From Dehalococcoidia bacterium (GTDB lineage Bacteria > Chloroflexota > Dehalococcoidia > Lucifugimonadales > UBA3495), in contig DAOUJN010000039.1 in the NCBI GenBank assembly GCA_034422655.1, forward strand, positions 80,937 through 144,936: a DNA stretch of 64,000 bases, in the 5' to 3' direction. How positions within the stretch are numbered: position 1 is the stretch's first letter; each line of letters opens with the position of its first letter. This document shows, one piece after another, positions 8,922 to 17,660 of this stretch. A program made the translations under genes and the position numbers. A model generated the notes under the pieces. The model searched no databases and had not been told where the DNA came from. It saw only the letters and a program-made list of their open reading frames with translations.

Positions 8922-10275
8922 GCGGAGTGGTCTGTTCAGTTCCGCAGGGCGGCGCACGGCCATTGGGGCCCTTGCGGCGGGAACGATTGCGTTGCTGGCC
9001 CTGTGGGGCGTGGCGGGAATGACAGCGGTTGTCTCCGCCGATTTTGCCCTGGCCCACTGGCAATTCTACAAGTCGGTAACCCTGCCGCCGGACGTGGAGC
9101 AGGGCCAGTTGGTGGAACTGACCCTGGACAGGGAGGTGTTTCTGGAATCCAACCACGGGGAAACCGACCTGCGCCTGGTGGCCGGGCGGGACCAGGAGGT
9201 GCCCTACCAACTGGTGACGCTGGGCAAGAGGAAAAGCAGGGAGCCGGTGGCGGTGGAAGTGCGGGATCTGGGCTACGTGGAGGGCGAGTACAGCACCTTC
9301 GTGGCCGACGTAGGTGAGGGCGGCAACCTGCACAGCGAGGTGGTGATTGACACGGGGGACGAGAACTTCCGGCGCGTCGTGGTGGTGGAAGCCAGCGCTG
9401 ATGGGGAAACCTGGGCAGTGGTGCAGGACGAGGGGGAGATATACGACTTTACCTCTTCCGACAAACAGTTCAACGTCCGGGACACTGGCGTGAAGTATTC
9501 GGAAAGCGCTGCCAGATATATTCGGGTCAAAGTCCTGGAATCGGAAGGCCAATCACTCAAGATAGCTGGGGCGTCGGTTTATCTCACTGAGGAGACTCCG
9601 GCAATTGAGACTGCTTATTTGCCAGTGAATGCAAGCAATGTCGCGGACCCGCTAAGCGGCGTCTCTATGCACGAGTTGGAAATGGAGGCGTCGGGGATTC
9701 CCCTGGTCAGGCTATCCTTTGAAACCGAATCCGTGAACTTCTACCGGCGCGTGGTGATTGAGGGCAGCGAAGACGGCGTCAACTGGGTGATGCTGGTGAA
9801 TGACGACATCTACTCCTTCTACACGCCCAGGTTCACGGGCAGCAAGACTGAAGTGGACTTCCCAGAAGGTCGCTTCCGACATTACCGTTTTACCGTGATG
9901 AATGAGGACGATTCACCATTGTCGCTGACCGGGTTCACTTTCCACGGGGTGGACCGGAAGCTGTTGTTCTATCCCGAACCTGGAACAGACCACTTCCTGT
10001 ACTACGGAAATCCTATGGCGGAAGCCCCGGTCTACGACCTGGATCATATAGTGCCCTACCTGGAAACGGAGGACTTGCCCGTGGCCGCGCTGGGCACCCG
10101 GCGATCAAATGAGGCCTTTACCGGGCCCGACGTCCCGCTGACGGAACGGCTGCCCTGGCTGATGCCGACCGGGGTGGCCCTGGCGGCGCTGATAGTGGCG
10201 GCCCTGCTGTACGGTGTTGTCCGGCAGGCGAAGAAGGTGCTGCCGCCGCCTGATAGTTCGGCAAGTTCGCAATGA
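8914..10275 (+). CDS. DUF3999-like exported protein with a C-terminal TM anchor
   Basis: TTG start overlapping the upstream stop by 8 nt. N-terminal signal/TM. Two discoidin-like segments (RYIRVKVL..., FRHYRFTVMNEDD...). C-terminal TM LPWLMPTGVALAALIVAALLYGVV. The family call is from memory. Confidence 0.45.
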   Translation: MIRRSGLFSSAGRRTAIGALAAGTIALLALWGVAGMTAVVSADFALAHWQFYKSVTLPPDVEQGQLVELTLDREVFLESNHGETDLRLVAGRDQEVPYQLVTLGKRKSREPVAVEVRDLGYVEGEYSTFVADVGEGGNLHSEVVIDTGDENFRRVVVVEASADGETWAVVQDEGEIYDFTSSDKQFNVRDTGVKYSESAARYIRVKVLESEGQSLKIAGASVYLTEETPAIETAYLPVNASNVADPLSGVSMHELEMEASGIPLVRLSFETESVNFYRRVVIEGSEDGVNWVMLVNDDIYSFYTPRFTGSKTEVDFPEGRFRHYRFTVMNEDDSPLSLTGFTFHGVDRKLLFYPEPGTDHFLYYGNPMAEAPVYDLDHIVPYLETEDLPVAALGTRRSNEAFTGPDVPLTERLPWLMPTGVALAALIVAALLYGVVRQAKKVLPPPDSSASSQ

Positions 10276-10294
10276 GGGAGAATTGAGCGGAGGG

Positions 10295-10612
10295 TCAAAT
10301 CTCCATCTCGCGATAATCTCCAGACTCCAGGCGATTCAGCTCTGTCAAAATGTCTGACGCCTTAAGGCGGACCGACGGCCAGTCGTTGTGCAGCAGCACG
10401 AGTATGGCAATTCGACGGTTTGACAGGTTTTGCTGGTACCTTATGCTGTGGTCCGAAGTGACCAAGACCTCGTAGCCGTTTCCCTCAGCTTGGTCCAGCA
10501 GGACTCCGTTGGCTAGAGCTTCCCAGCCCCTCTCCCGGGCAGTATCTATCTGGTGACCGGGAAGTAACCGTCTCAAGGGAGCCGGGGTGCCGTGGTCGAA
10601 GAGTATCCTCAA
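10295..10612 (-). CDS. PIN-like (DUF5615/COG4634-type) putative toxin
   Basis: TTG start overlaps the upstream TGA (TTGA). LRILFDHGTP...VLVTSDHSIRYQQNL resembles the partner of DUF433 proteins. The long ORF 10295..10777 has no plausible upstream start. Confidence 0.55.
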   Translation of the reverse strand: MRILFDHGTPAPLRRLLPGHQIDTARERGWEALANGVLLDQAEGNGYEVLVTSDHSIRYQQNLSNRRIAILVLLHNDWPSVRLKASDILTELNRLESGDYREMEI

Positions 10613-10836
10613 GCATGCACTTTTAATGAAAGAGAGTCTATTTCGTGCTGAAGCACCTCTTCCACCTGGGAAAGTTCCACACCGGGATACCACTCGACAA
10701 ACTCCGTTACGGTTGCCCCTGCCTTGAGGTTCCGAAACAGGGTGGCGAGGCTTAGGCGAGTCCCGGTGAATACCCATGCCCCGCCCAGCTTGTCAGGGTG
10801 ACTCTCAACAGCAGGGCACTTGGCCCAATCCGTCAT
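10609..10836 (-). CDS. DUF433 (COG2442) putative antitoxin
   Basis: MTDWAKCPAVESHPDKLGGAWVFTGTRLSLATLFRNLKAGATVTEFVEWYPGV matches the DUF433 pattern. It sits directly upstream of, and overlaps, the PIN-like gene. Confidence 0.6.
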   Translation of the reverse strand: MTDWAKCPAVESHPDKLGGAWVFTGTRLSLATLFRNLKAGATVTEFVEWYPGVELSQVEEVLQHEIDSLSLKVHA

Positions 10837-10952
10837 TGTCCGCGCCTCCTGGATGTAAGATTGCCCGCCCAAAACAAAGAGAAACACGGAGAGAATCCAC
10901 CTTTCCGAGATGCTATATCCTCTCCGTGTTTCTTTGTTGCAAGAAGGCCTTC

Positions 10953-11777
10953 CTAGTAAAACACCGCGGAGCCTACGCCGCCGCCGGCGGCGATTACCTC
11001 GCCGGTTACGGCCCAGGCCTTGTCGGAGGCCAGGAAGGCGGTGACGAAGCCGATTTCCTCGGCGTCCACCATGCGGCAGATGGCGTTGCCTCGGCCGGAG
11101 CCGGGAGCGAAGTCCTGCTGTTCCACGTCGGCGGCAGTGGTGCCCTGCTGGGCGGCCCGAGACTCGAGCATGCCGGCGGTGCGCTCGGTGCGGGTGGTGC
11201 CCGGGTGGATGCAGTTGACGGTGATGCCGTAGCGGCCCAGGTCGTTGGACAGGGTCTTGGTCATGTGGACCATGGAGACGTTGCGGGCGCCGCCGCTGAG
11301 GTTGCCGGCGTTGCGGGCGTTGCCGCCGCTGATGTTGATGATGCGGCCGTAGCCCTGCTCCTTCAGGTGGGGGATGGCGGCCTTGGAGCAGCGCAGCGCG
11401 CCCACGAACTTGACGTCGAAGTCGGCCATCAGGGATTCCTCGTTGACCGTTTCCACGTAGCCCACGGCGTCTTCGGAGCCGCCGGGCAGAGAGGCGCTGT
11501 TGACCATGATGTGCAGGCCGCCCAGTTGCTCGACGGCGGCGTTGACTACGCTGTTAACCTGGTCGGTCTGGGTGGCGTCCATCTGCATGGGAATGACGGT
11601 GCGGCCGGTGGCGTCGGAGATTTCCCGGGCCGCGGCCTCAAGCTGGTCCAGGGAGCGGGAGGCGATAACCACGTCGCACCCTTCCTGGGCCAGCACCCTG
11701 GCGATGGCCTTGCCGATGCCTCGTCCCCCGCCGGCGACGAAGGCCTTCTTGCCTTCAAGTCCAAAATCCATATCCAA
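10953..11777 (-). CDS. Short-chain dehydrogenase/reductase (SDR)
   Basis: GGGRGIGKAI cofactor motif, NSAS, and classical SDR length. Confidence 0.8.
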   Translation of the reverse strand: MDMDFGLEGKKAFVAGGGRGIGKAIARVLAQEGCDVVIASRSLDQLEAAAREISDATGRTVIPMQMDATQTDQVNSVVNAAVEQLGGLHIMVNSASLPGGSEDAVGYVETVNEESLMADFDVKFVGALRCSKAAIPHLKEQGYGRIINISGGNARNAGNLSGGARNVSMVHMTKTLSNDLGRYGITVNCIHPGTTRTERTAGMLESRAAQQGTTAADVEQQDFAPGSGRGNAICRMVDAEEIGFVTAFLASDKAWAVTGEVIAAGGGVGSAVFY

Positions 11778-11897
11778 TCCTCCTGTGCGGACCCTTCTGT
11801 CGCGATGGGCCGGCCTTTTCTACCAAGTTTCTGGATTCTACACAAAGGCAGGTTTGGGGGCAAGCTGGGTTAGAGTGACATCAGAGCTCGTTAATCC

Positions 11898-12260
11898 TCA
11901 CCGACGGTGTCGGCCGTGGTCGTTCAGCCACCCCATTCGCGCCTCGTGCTGGCGCTGGTCTATGGTCATTTCCTGCAGATGGGGCTGCTCTTCGGACCGC
12001 CTCTTGTGGGAACGTTTTCCCACCTTATAGGCAAAGAACATGCCGCCCACGAATGCTGCGACCGCCGCTACCCCGGAGACCCATGAATGGCCCACCAGGA
12101 AGCACATCGGCCCCATCCCAAACGCGCAAGCGTTGATGATAACCGCCAGGAGTAAAATGGGGAGAAGCACGGCGCAAAACAACCCCACTACGACTATAAC
12201 AATCCAGCCGCCGACCCCCGGCTTGAATTTGACCTCGCGTTGCTCTGCCGTCTCTTCCAT
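11898..12260 (-). CDS. Hypothetical small membrane protein
   Basis: Three hydrophobic segments and a basic C-terminal tail. No family recognised. Confidence 0.4.
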   Translation of the reverse strand: MEETAEQREVKFKPGVGGWIVIVVVGLFCAVLLPILLLAVIINACAFGMGPMCFLVGHSWVSGVAAVAAFVGGMFFAYKVGKRSHKRRSEEQPHLQEMTIDQRQHEARMGWLNDHGRHRR

Positions 12261-12379
12261 ATCATCCTCCGTCCGCTAATTTTGCCTTCGGCCAACAATA
12301 TCCTTGCCTGCAGGCGTTTCACCACCCGGGACGCGCGCCTAAGGCTCGGGTTCGTGTCTACAGGGGAAGTAACCTGGGA

Positions 12380-13258
12380 CTACCGGAGCGACTCCAACAC
12401 CCGGATTGCCTCATCCTTGGACAAGAGACCAACCAGATTGACCCACATACCCTTGTTGGGGTCTTCCCAATCCGCAATAATTACGGTTCGCCCGTCCAGG
12501 TTCTGACTTTCCCAAACGATGGCCGGATAACCATTAACGTCCTCTTCAGTCTTGACCGCTTCATCGACTTCCATACCGAGCGGCATTGAGCCAAGCTGCT
12601 GCTCAAGCAGGATAGTCGGGGAACCGCCGTCCGGGAAAGGCTGTCCCCGGAAGGTCATGGCGACTCCCTTGACTTCGTTTCCGTAAGGAATTCCCTCCAA
12701 CATCCTCACAAAGTCCCTGGGGGAGCGAGGTTCAAACCCATCGGGCAAGTATTCGGGCATCAGAATGGGAAAGGGAACCTCCAGCTGGGCGGCCTCCTGC
12801 GTCAGATGTCTGGGCTCCCTGCTGGCCACCGCCGTAGCCAGGGTGGGCCAGTCCAGGGTCGGTCTGGGGGTGGGCTGAACAGTGGGGGAAGGCTCCGGCG
12901 GTGCCGGTGTAGCTGACGGCAAGGCAACCGGGGCCGGCGGTGTTGGAGGAGCGGGCGTTGCGGTTGCCGGCGCCGCAGTTGGGGCGACGACAGCAGTCGG
13001 CTGAGCAAGGGTCGGCACGGGCGTTGCGGCTGCCCGCGCCGTGGTCGGGGGGAGGGCAGTAGGCGGGTCAGCAGGTGTCGGCGCGGGCGTTGCGGTTCGT
13101 GGGCCGGAGTCGCTGGTACTCGCCACTTCCGTGCCCCCGCCCTGGCTGTCCTCACCTGACTGCCAGGGGTTCACCAACCAGAAGGCGATAACGATAAGGA
13201 GAACAATTCCCGCGGCTGTTGCGGCTAATTTTAGTGTGAAGGACATGGATTCGCCCAC
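12380..13258 (-). CDS. Membrane-anchored protein with a P/T/A-rich spacer and a DUF4367-like C-terminal domain
   Basis: N-terminal TM LAATAAGIVLLIVIAFWLV, a P/A/T low-complexity stretch of about 120 aa, and a C-terminal domain with the PEYLPDGF motif. Confidence 0.5.
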   Translation of the reverse strand: MGESMSFTLKLAATAAGIVLLIVIAFWLVNPWQSGEDSQGGGTEVASTSDSGPRTATPAPTPADPPTALPPTTARAAATPVPTLAQPTAVVAPTAAPATATPAPPTPPAPVALPSATPAPPEPSPTVQPTPRPTLDWPTLATAVASREPRHLTQEAAQLEVPFPILMPEYLPDGFEPRSPRDFVRMLEGIPYGNEVKGVAMTFRGQPFPDGGSPTILLEQQLGSMPLGMEVDEAVKTEEDVNGYPAIVWESQNLDGRTVIIADWEDPNKGMWVNLVGLLSKDEAIRVLESLR

Positions 13259-13313
13259 CTCTGGTCGGGCTGCCCGTAGGGTATATGCTGTTTATTTGAA
13301 CCTGAGGATAGCT

Positions 13314-13340
13314 TTTATACTGATTCCACCCAAATGTCAA
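13314..13340 (-). promoter_or_regulatory. Candidate promoter TTGACA-N15-TATAAA for the 12380..13258 gene
   Basis: Hexamers read on the minus strand. The spacer is short. Confidence 0.3.
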
Positions 13341-13651
13341 ATAGATGGCAATAACAATCTGAGACATAAGCTTATCATGGTACTGCCATATCCGGGAGAT
13401 GGTGGGCTGGCCTGCTGAACTTGCATTGGCAGGGTCGGGGGCAATATGCCCTTGCGAAAGGTGAAAGTGGCGCTACCGCGACTGGTGTTCCTACTGGAAA
13501 TTGTTGCGGGATTCAGGCAGAATGTTGACGAAAGCTGGTAGAGTCATCGTCGGTTCTTTGCGGAATAGAGGCTCAGAGCATCAAGATTGAGGTTGCGGCA
13601 TGGCCGGATCAGGTCAGGGGTGTCCGCAGGCAGGGGTAAGAAAAGGGGAGA

Positions 13652-15502
13652 ATGCATAACTCAAGCAACGGGAATATTCGTAACCTGGCAATTATCGCCC
13701 ACGTTGACCACGGGAAGACCACCCTGGTAGACGCCCTGTTGAAACAGGGCAGGGTGTTTCGGGAACACCAGGACGTGGGCGAACTGATTATGGACAGCGA
13801 CCCGCTGGAACGGGAGCGGGGCATCACCATCCTGGCCAAGAACACGGCGGTGGAGTACCGGGGCGTCAAGATTAACATCATCGACACGCCGGGCCACGCC
13901 GACTTCAGCGGCGAGGTGGAGCGGGTGATGAACATGGCCGACGGGTGCCTGCTGCTGGTGGACGCGGTGGACGGCCCCATGCCCCAGACCCGCTACGTTC
14001 TGCAGCAGGCCCTGCAGCGGCAGGTAACGCCCATGGTGGTCATCAACAAGATCGACCGGCCCGAAGCAAGGGTCGCGGAAGTGGAAGAATTGGTCCAGGA
14101 CCTTTTCCTGGAACTGGCGACTCTCCCCGAACAACTGGACTACCCGGTCCTGTACGCCTCGGCCAAGCAGGGGTTCGCCGCCACGGAACCGGACGCCACG
14201 GACGGGGATATGCAGCCCCTGTTCGACGCGATCCTGGAGGTAATACCGCCTCCGTCGGGCGATGCCGACGGGCCGCTGCAGATGCTGGTGGCAGCGCTGG
14301 ACTACGACAATTACCTGGGCCAGATCGCCATTGGACGCGTTTTCCAGGGGACTATCCACTTCCGGGAGCCCGTGGCGGTCCTGGGGCGGGACGGTGAACC
14401 CCGGGCGGAGAGCCTGGAGAACGTGTTCGTGTTCCGGGGACTGGAACGGCTGCAAACCCCGGAAGCCGTGGCCGGAGACATTGTGGCCGTGTCGGGCATT
14501 GCCAGCATATCTATAGGGGATACCATTGCGGCGCCGGACTGTCCCGATGCCCTGCCCGCCATTGACATTGAGGAACCGACGGTGATGATGACCTTCGGGG
14601 TCAACACGTCGCCGTTCATGGGCAAGGAGGGGTCGCGCTGCACCTCGCGGATGCTGCGGGAACGCCTGTACCGGGAACTGCGGACTAACGTCAGCCTGCG
14701 AGTCGAGGAAACGGCCAGCGCCGACGAGTTTCTCGTGTCGGGCCGGGGCGAACTGCACCTGGCGATCCTGGTGGAGAACATGCGGCGGGAGGGCTATGAG
14801 TTCCAGGTGTCCCGTCCGGTGCCGGTTACCAGGATTGTGGATGGGAAAGTCCACGAACCCTACGAGCAGCTGACCGTCCACACCCGTGAGGAGTTCATCG
14901 GGCCGCTGTCGGAGAGCCTGGCGAACCGCCTGGCCCAGATGACCGACATGGACAACGACGGCGCCGGCAACGTACGGATGGAATTCCTGGCGCCCACCAG
15001 GGGCCTGATCGGGTTCCGGTCCTTCTTCCTGCGCACCACCCGGGGCAACGGGGTAACCAACAGCCGCTTTGTTGAGTACCGGCCAATGACGGGGGAGATG
15101 AAGCACGCCAGCAGCCAGTCCCTGGTGGCATCGGAACCGGGGGTGGCCGTCACCTACGGCCTGCTGAACGCCCAGGGCCGGGGTTCCACCTTCGTCGAGC
15201 CGGGGACACAAGTGTACGAAGGCATGATTGTGGGGATGCACCCCAAGGAAGACGACATTGTCATCAACGTGTGCCGCGAAAAGAAGCTGACCAACATGCG
15301 CTCCTCCACCGCCGACGTGGCCAAGCGGCTGAGCCCGCCGGTCAAGTTGAGTCTGGAGGAGGCGCTGGAGTTCATCGCCAACGATGAACTGGTGGAAGTC
15401 ACGCCGCAGAACTACCGGTTGCGGAAGAAGGTGCTGGCTTCGGGAGAACGGCAGAAACAGAGGAACCGGAGAAGGGAGGCGGTTGCGGCGGCGGTGGAAT
15501 AG
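13652..15502 (+). CDS. typA: Translational GTPase TypA/BipA
   Basis: [27 protein letters not shown] and NKID G-motifs, with full-length TypA architecture. Confidence 0.92.
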   Translation: MHNSSNGNIRNLAIIAHVDHGKTTLVDALLKQGRVFREHQDVGELIMDSDPLERERGITILAKNTAVEYRGVKINIIDTPGHADFSGEVERVMNMADGCLLLVDAVDGPMPQTRYVLQQALQRQVTPMVVINKIDRPEARVAEVEELVQDLFLELATLPEQLDYPVLYASAKQGFAATEPDATDGDMQPLFDAILEVIPPPSGDADGPLQMLVAALDYDNYLGQIAIGRVFQGTIHFREPVAVLGRDGEPRAESLENVFVFRGLERLQTPEAVAGDIVAVSGIASISIGDTIAAPDCPDALPAIDIEEPTVMMTFGVNTSPFMGKEGSRCTSRMLRERLYRELRTNVSLRVEETASADEFLVSGRGELHLAILVENMRREGYEFQVSRPVPVTRIVDGKVHEPYEQLTVHTREEFIGPLSESLANRLAQMTDMDNDGAGNVRMEFLAPTRGLIGFRSFFLRTTRGNGVTNSRFVEYRPMTGEMKHASSQSLVASEPGVAVTYGLLNAQGRGSTFVEPGTQVYEGMIVGMHPKEDDIVINVCREKKLTNMRSSTADVAKRLSPPVKLSLEEALEFIANDELVEVTPQNYRLRKKVLASGERQKQRNRRREAVAAAVE

Positions 15503-15526
15503 GGGCGGTACGGGGACACTCGGATG

Positions 15527-15546
15527 CCGATGTGTTGACACATCGG
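15527..15546 (+). terminator. Perfect 8-bp hairpin downstream of typA (no T-tract)
   Basis: CCGATGTG-ttga-CACATCGG. Confidence 0.35.
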
Positions 15547-15602
15547 TTGAAAGCAAACAGAATCGTCGATAGAAGGAGACCGTTCAGGCGGATTGAGGTG
15601 TT

Positions 15603-15974
15603 GTGAACCGGGAACTCAATGCAGCGGACCTAATCTCGAGGTATATTCTAGTAGCGGCCTGCATGCTCGGCATATTCATGCTGGCAGCGGCCATTTATGA
15701 AATAGCCATCAAAGTCGCTGATTCCAGGCTGGAAACCTGGCTGGCAATTGTGAAGTGGACGGGGCCTGCGCTAGGGGTTACGACGATAGTCCTCATTTAC
15801 TGGGAGGTTCTTAACATGATCCTGAAGTGGCTCTACAAGAGTCAGGCCCGGCGGGAGGTGGAACGAGAGTGGGTAGAGTGGAACCGCCGACGGGAGAGCG
15901 CGCAATCCGAGGGCAGGGAATTTAACGAACCTACCCCTGCTGAAAAACAACGGCAGGGCACGAACGGGAGGTAG
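15603..15974 (+). CDS. Hypothetical membrane protein
   Basis: GTG start, two TM segments and a charged C-terminus. No family recognised. Confidence 0.4.
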   Translation: MNRELNAADLISRYILVAACMLGIFMLAAAIYEIAIKVADSRLETWLAIVKWTGPALGVTTIVLIYWEVLNMILKWLYKSQARREVEREWVEWNRRRESAQSEGREFNEPTPAEKQRQGTNGR

Positions 15975-16015
15975 GCCAAGTTACTTTGCCGGACAGTTGT
16001 GCTTCCTTACGCTGA

Positions 16016-16039
16016 GGCTGGCAGCAATGCCAGCCTTTT
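16016..16039 (+). terminator. Rho-independent terminator
   Basis: GGCTGGCA-gcaa-TGCCAGCC followed by TTTT. Confidence 0.6.
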
Positions 16040-16072
16040 GCCGTTGATCGATAGCATTCTCCGAATGAAAGG

Positions 16073-16100
16073 AAACGGGCCGAGTCCACTCGGCCCGTTT
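16073..16100 (-). terminator. Terminator hairpin downstream of the VOC gene
   Basis: 12-bp stem AAACGGGCCGAG/CTCGGCCCGTTT. On the minus strand it is followed by CCTTTCATT. Confidence 0.55.
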
Positions 16101-16132
16101 TGCAGGTTACCGTTTTTCAGGGAAAGTGTGGG

Positions 16133-16702
16133 CTAGTCTCCCATCGTCCTGACCGTGCCGCGGTGGTAGCGGTCCACGGTGGTGTCGGGGTCCCAGTCGG
16201 CGGGGACTTCGGAGGCCCAGGGGGGAACCGGGTCTTCGAAGGTGAAGACGAAGTCGCGGTCGCCGCGGCCCCGCTTGAACAGTTCCTTGGAAGTGGGGTA
16301 TTCGAAGTAGATTTCCAGGCGGTTGCCCTCTGAGTCGGCGAAGTACATGCTGCGCTGGTTGGCGTGCTCCACCAGGCGGTCGACGGTTACCCCGCTGCTG
16401 ACCAAGTGGTCGTAGGCGTCCTTCATGTCCTGGTGGGTGTCCACCTTGATGGCGATATGGGCAACGCCTACCTGGTTGCGCTCGGGGGCGTCCAGGGCGT
16501 TGTCGGGGTCTTCCACGGGGGACAGGTCAAAAACGTGGCCTTCGTGGGTGTCGTCACGGCCCAGGCTCATGAACACGCCGCCGTGTTCCGGGTCCTCTTC
16601 CTCAATGACGAAACCCAGGACTTCGGTGTAAAACTTCTTGGCCCGCTCGATGTCGCGCACTCGGACGGCGGCATGGCCAATGCGGGAAAGGTTGATGGGC
16701 AT
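16133..16702 (-). CDS. VOC-family (glyoxalase/extradiol dioxygenase fold) protein with a C-terminal extension
   Basis: IGHAAVRVRDIERAKKFYTEVLGF... and HIAIKV... motifs. Confidence 0.7.
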   Translation of the reverse strand: MPINLSRIGHAAVRVRDIERAKKFYTEVLGFVIEEEDPEHGGVFMSLGRDDTHEGHVFDLSPVEDPDNALDAPERNQVGVAHIAIKVDTHQDMKDAYDHLVSSGVTVDRLVEHANQRSMYFADSEGNRLEIYFEYPTSKELFKRGRGDRDFVFTFEDPVPPWASEVPADWDPDTTVDRYHRGTVRTMGD

Positions 16703-16844
16703 GGGTGCTTCCTCCTGCTAACAGCGTAGTCTAAACATCGGCCCACACTTTATAGGAAAATATTCGGGATAGTCAACATTGTGTGCTATCATGCACGCGC
16801 ATCGGAATGAACATGCCATAGAGTGATATAGGAGACTAATAGGC

Positions 16845-16994
16845 ATGAGAAATCGTCTAACGCTTCGGGCAATCATTGCCCGAACTGCAAGCGGTAGCTG
16901 GTTTACCACGAAGTCCTCTACAGCGATGAATTCTGCAATGGCTGGCACATTTAAAAATAGGGAGCAAATATCCAAGAAAGAGAGGAGTGAATGA
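16845..16994 (+). CDS. Possible 49-aa basic peptide
   Basis: Too short for the supplied ORF track. AGGAG lies 10 nt upstream, and the TGA overlaps the ATG of the next ORF (ATGA). Confidence 0.2.
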   Translation: MRNRLTLRAIIARTASGSWFTTKSSTAMNSAMAGTFKNREQISKKERSE

Positions 16995-17296
16995 AATTTT
17001 ATTGGGACTTTGCCCGGGAAATACTCATAGCGCTAGAGGACCATCCCAAGTCCGTGGTAAACGGGCTGGATGAAATCAGGGAGACGATGAGCGTCGATAT
17101 TGACGAACACGGTAGCGATGGTCAAGACGGGGAGTTTTCAGGAGGAGATTTCGCATATCACTGCATGATGCTCTGCGAAGCTGGATTCATCCTCATAATA
17201 CCACCCCCCACATTTGATGAACTGAATCCATATTTGCGGCTAGCCTTGACTTACAAGGGGCACGAATATCTGGCCTCCATCCGCGAGAATGGGTAA
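16991..17296 (+). CDS. DUF2513-like small protein
   Basis: MKFYWDFAREILIALEDHP resembles the DUF2513 N-terminus. RBS GAGAGGAG. Located in an AT-rich islet. Confidence 0.35.
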   Translation: MKFYWDFAREILIALEDHPKSVVNGLDEIRETMSVDIDEHGSDGQDGEFSGGDFAYHCMMLCEAGFILIIPPPTFDELNPYLRLALTYKGHEYLASIRENG

Positions 17297-17508
17297 TGCA
17301 ACGAGGTTGGATTCACATATCTAACGAGCAGACCCTTGCCATAGCGAGGAGGGCCAGTGGTCGCCCCAGCTTAGCTCATGGGGAACCAGACCAGTACGTA
17401 CCCACTAATTGCGGAGAACGAGTGCATTATAGCAGGGCAGTAACGGAAAAGGACCGCCATCATCCCATGCTAACCGGACGTCGGCTCTGTCCCAAGTGTT
17501 TCGTCTAG
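17296..17508 (+). CDS. Hypothetical 70-aa protein
   Basis: ATG overlaps the upstream TAA (TAATG). Contains NCGERVH...CPKC, a possible metal knuckle. Confidence 0.3.
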   Translation: MQRGWIHISNEQTLAIARRASGRPSLAHGEPDQYVPTNCGERVHYSRAVTEKDRHHPMLTGRRLCPKCFV

Positions 17509-17570
17509 TTGCGGACAGTTGGTTCAGCCCCCTAGCCATTTCCAGGGCGGGTGTGTGTGAGCCCTGCCCG

Positions 17571-17599
17571 TTGAAAACTCTTGGTTAATTTCGTATATA
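17571..17599 (+). promoter_or_regulatory. Promoter TTGAAA-N17-TATATA upstream of the molybdo-enzyme gene
   Basis: Hexamers and spacing read directly from the sequence. Confidence 0.5.
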
Positions 17600-17660
17600 A
17601 TTCCCTAAATTAGGCGCAGATACCGTCCAGCCAGACGGCCGGGCGACAGGGGAGGAAGAG

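Noticed and set aside
10776-11873. A 365-aa plus-strand ORF overlapping the SDR gene.
   Set aside because: It is antisense to a well-supported SDR, and its product is G/A/V low-complexity.
13661-15556. Very long ORFs antisense to real genes. Examples are 631 aa opposite typA, 638 aa opposite ftsK (60081..61997), 618 aa opposite the SBP (34072..35928), 471 aa opposite the molybdo-enzyme (17610..19025), 428 aa opposite the MFS (5698..6984), and full-length antisense ORFs opposite every amidohydrolase paralog.
   Set aside because: The translations are low-complexity and R/G/P/H/V-rich, with no recognisable motifs, whereas the sense strands encode clear families. Stop-codon depletion on the antisense strand is expected at high GC3. 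There is no evidence of overprinted genes.
16718-16975. An 85-aa minus-strand ORF in the AT-rich islet.
   Set aside because: No RBS, Cys/Phe/Ile-rich odd composition, and it is opposite the better-supported plus-strand coupled ORFs. It is kept only as a remote possibility.
17606-17615. The 10-mer TAAATTAGGC is shared between position 1..10 and 17606..17615, both upstream of oxidoreductase genes.
   Set aside because: Many chance 10-mer matches are expected in 64 kb, and no extended similarity surrounds the two copies.
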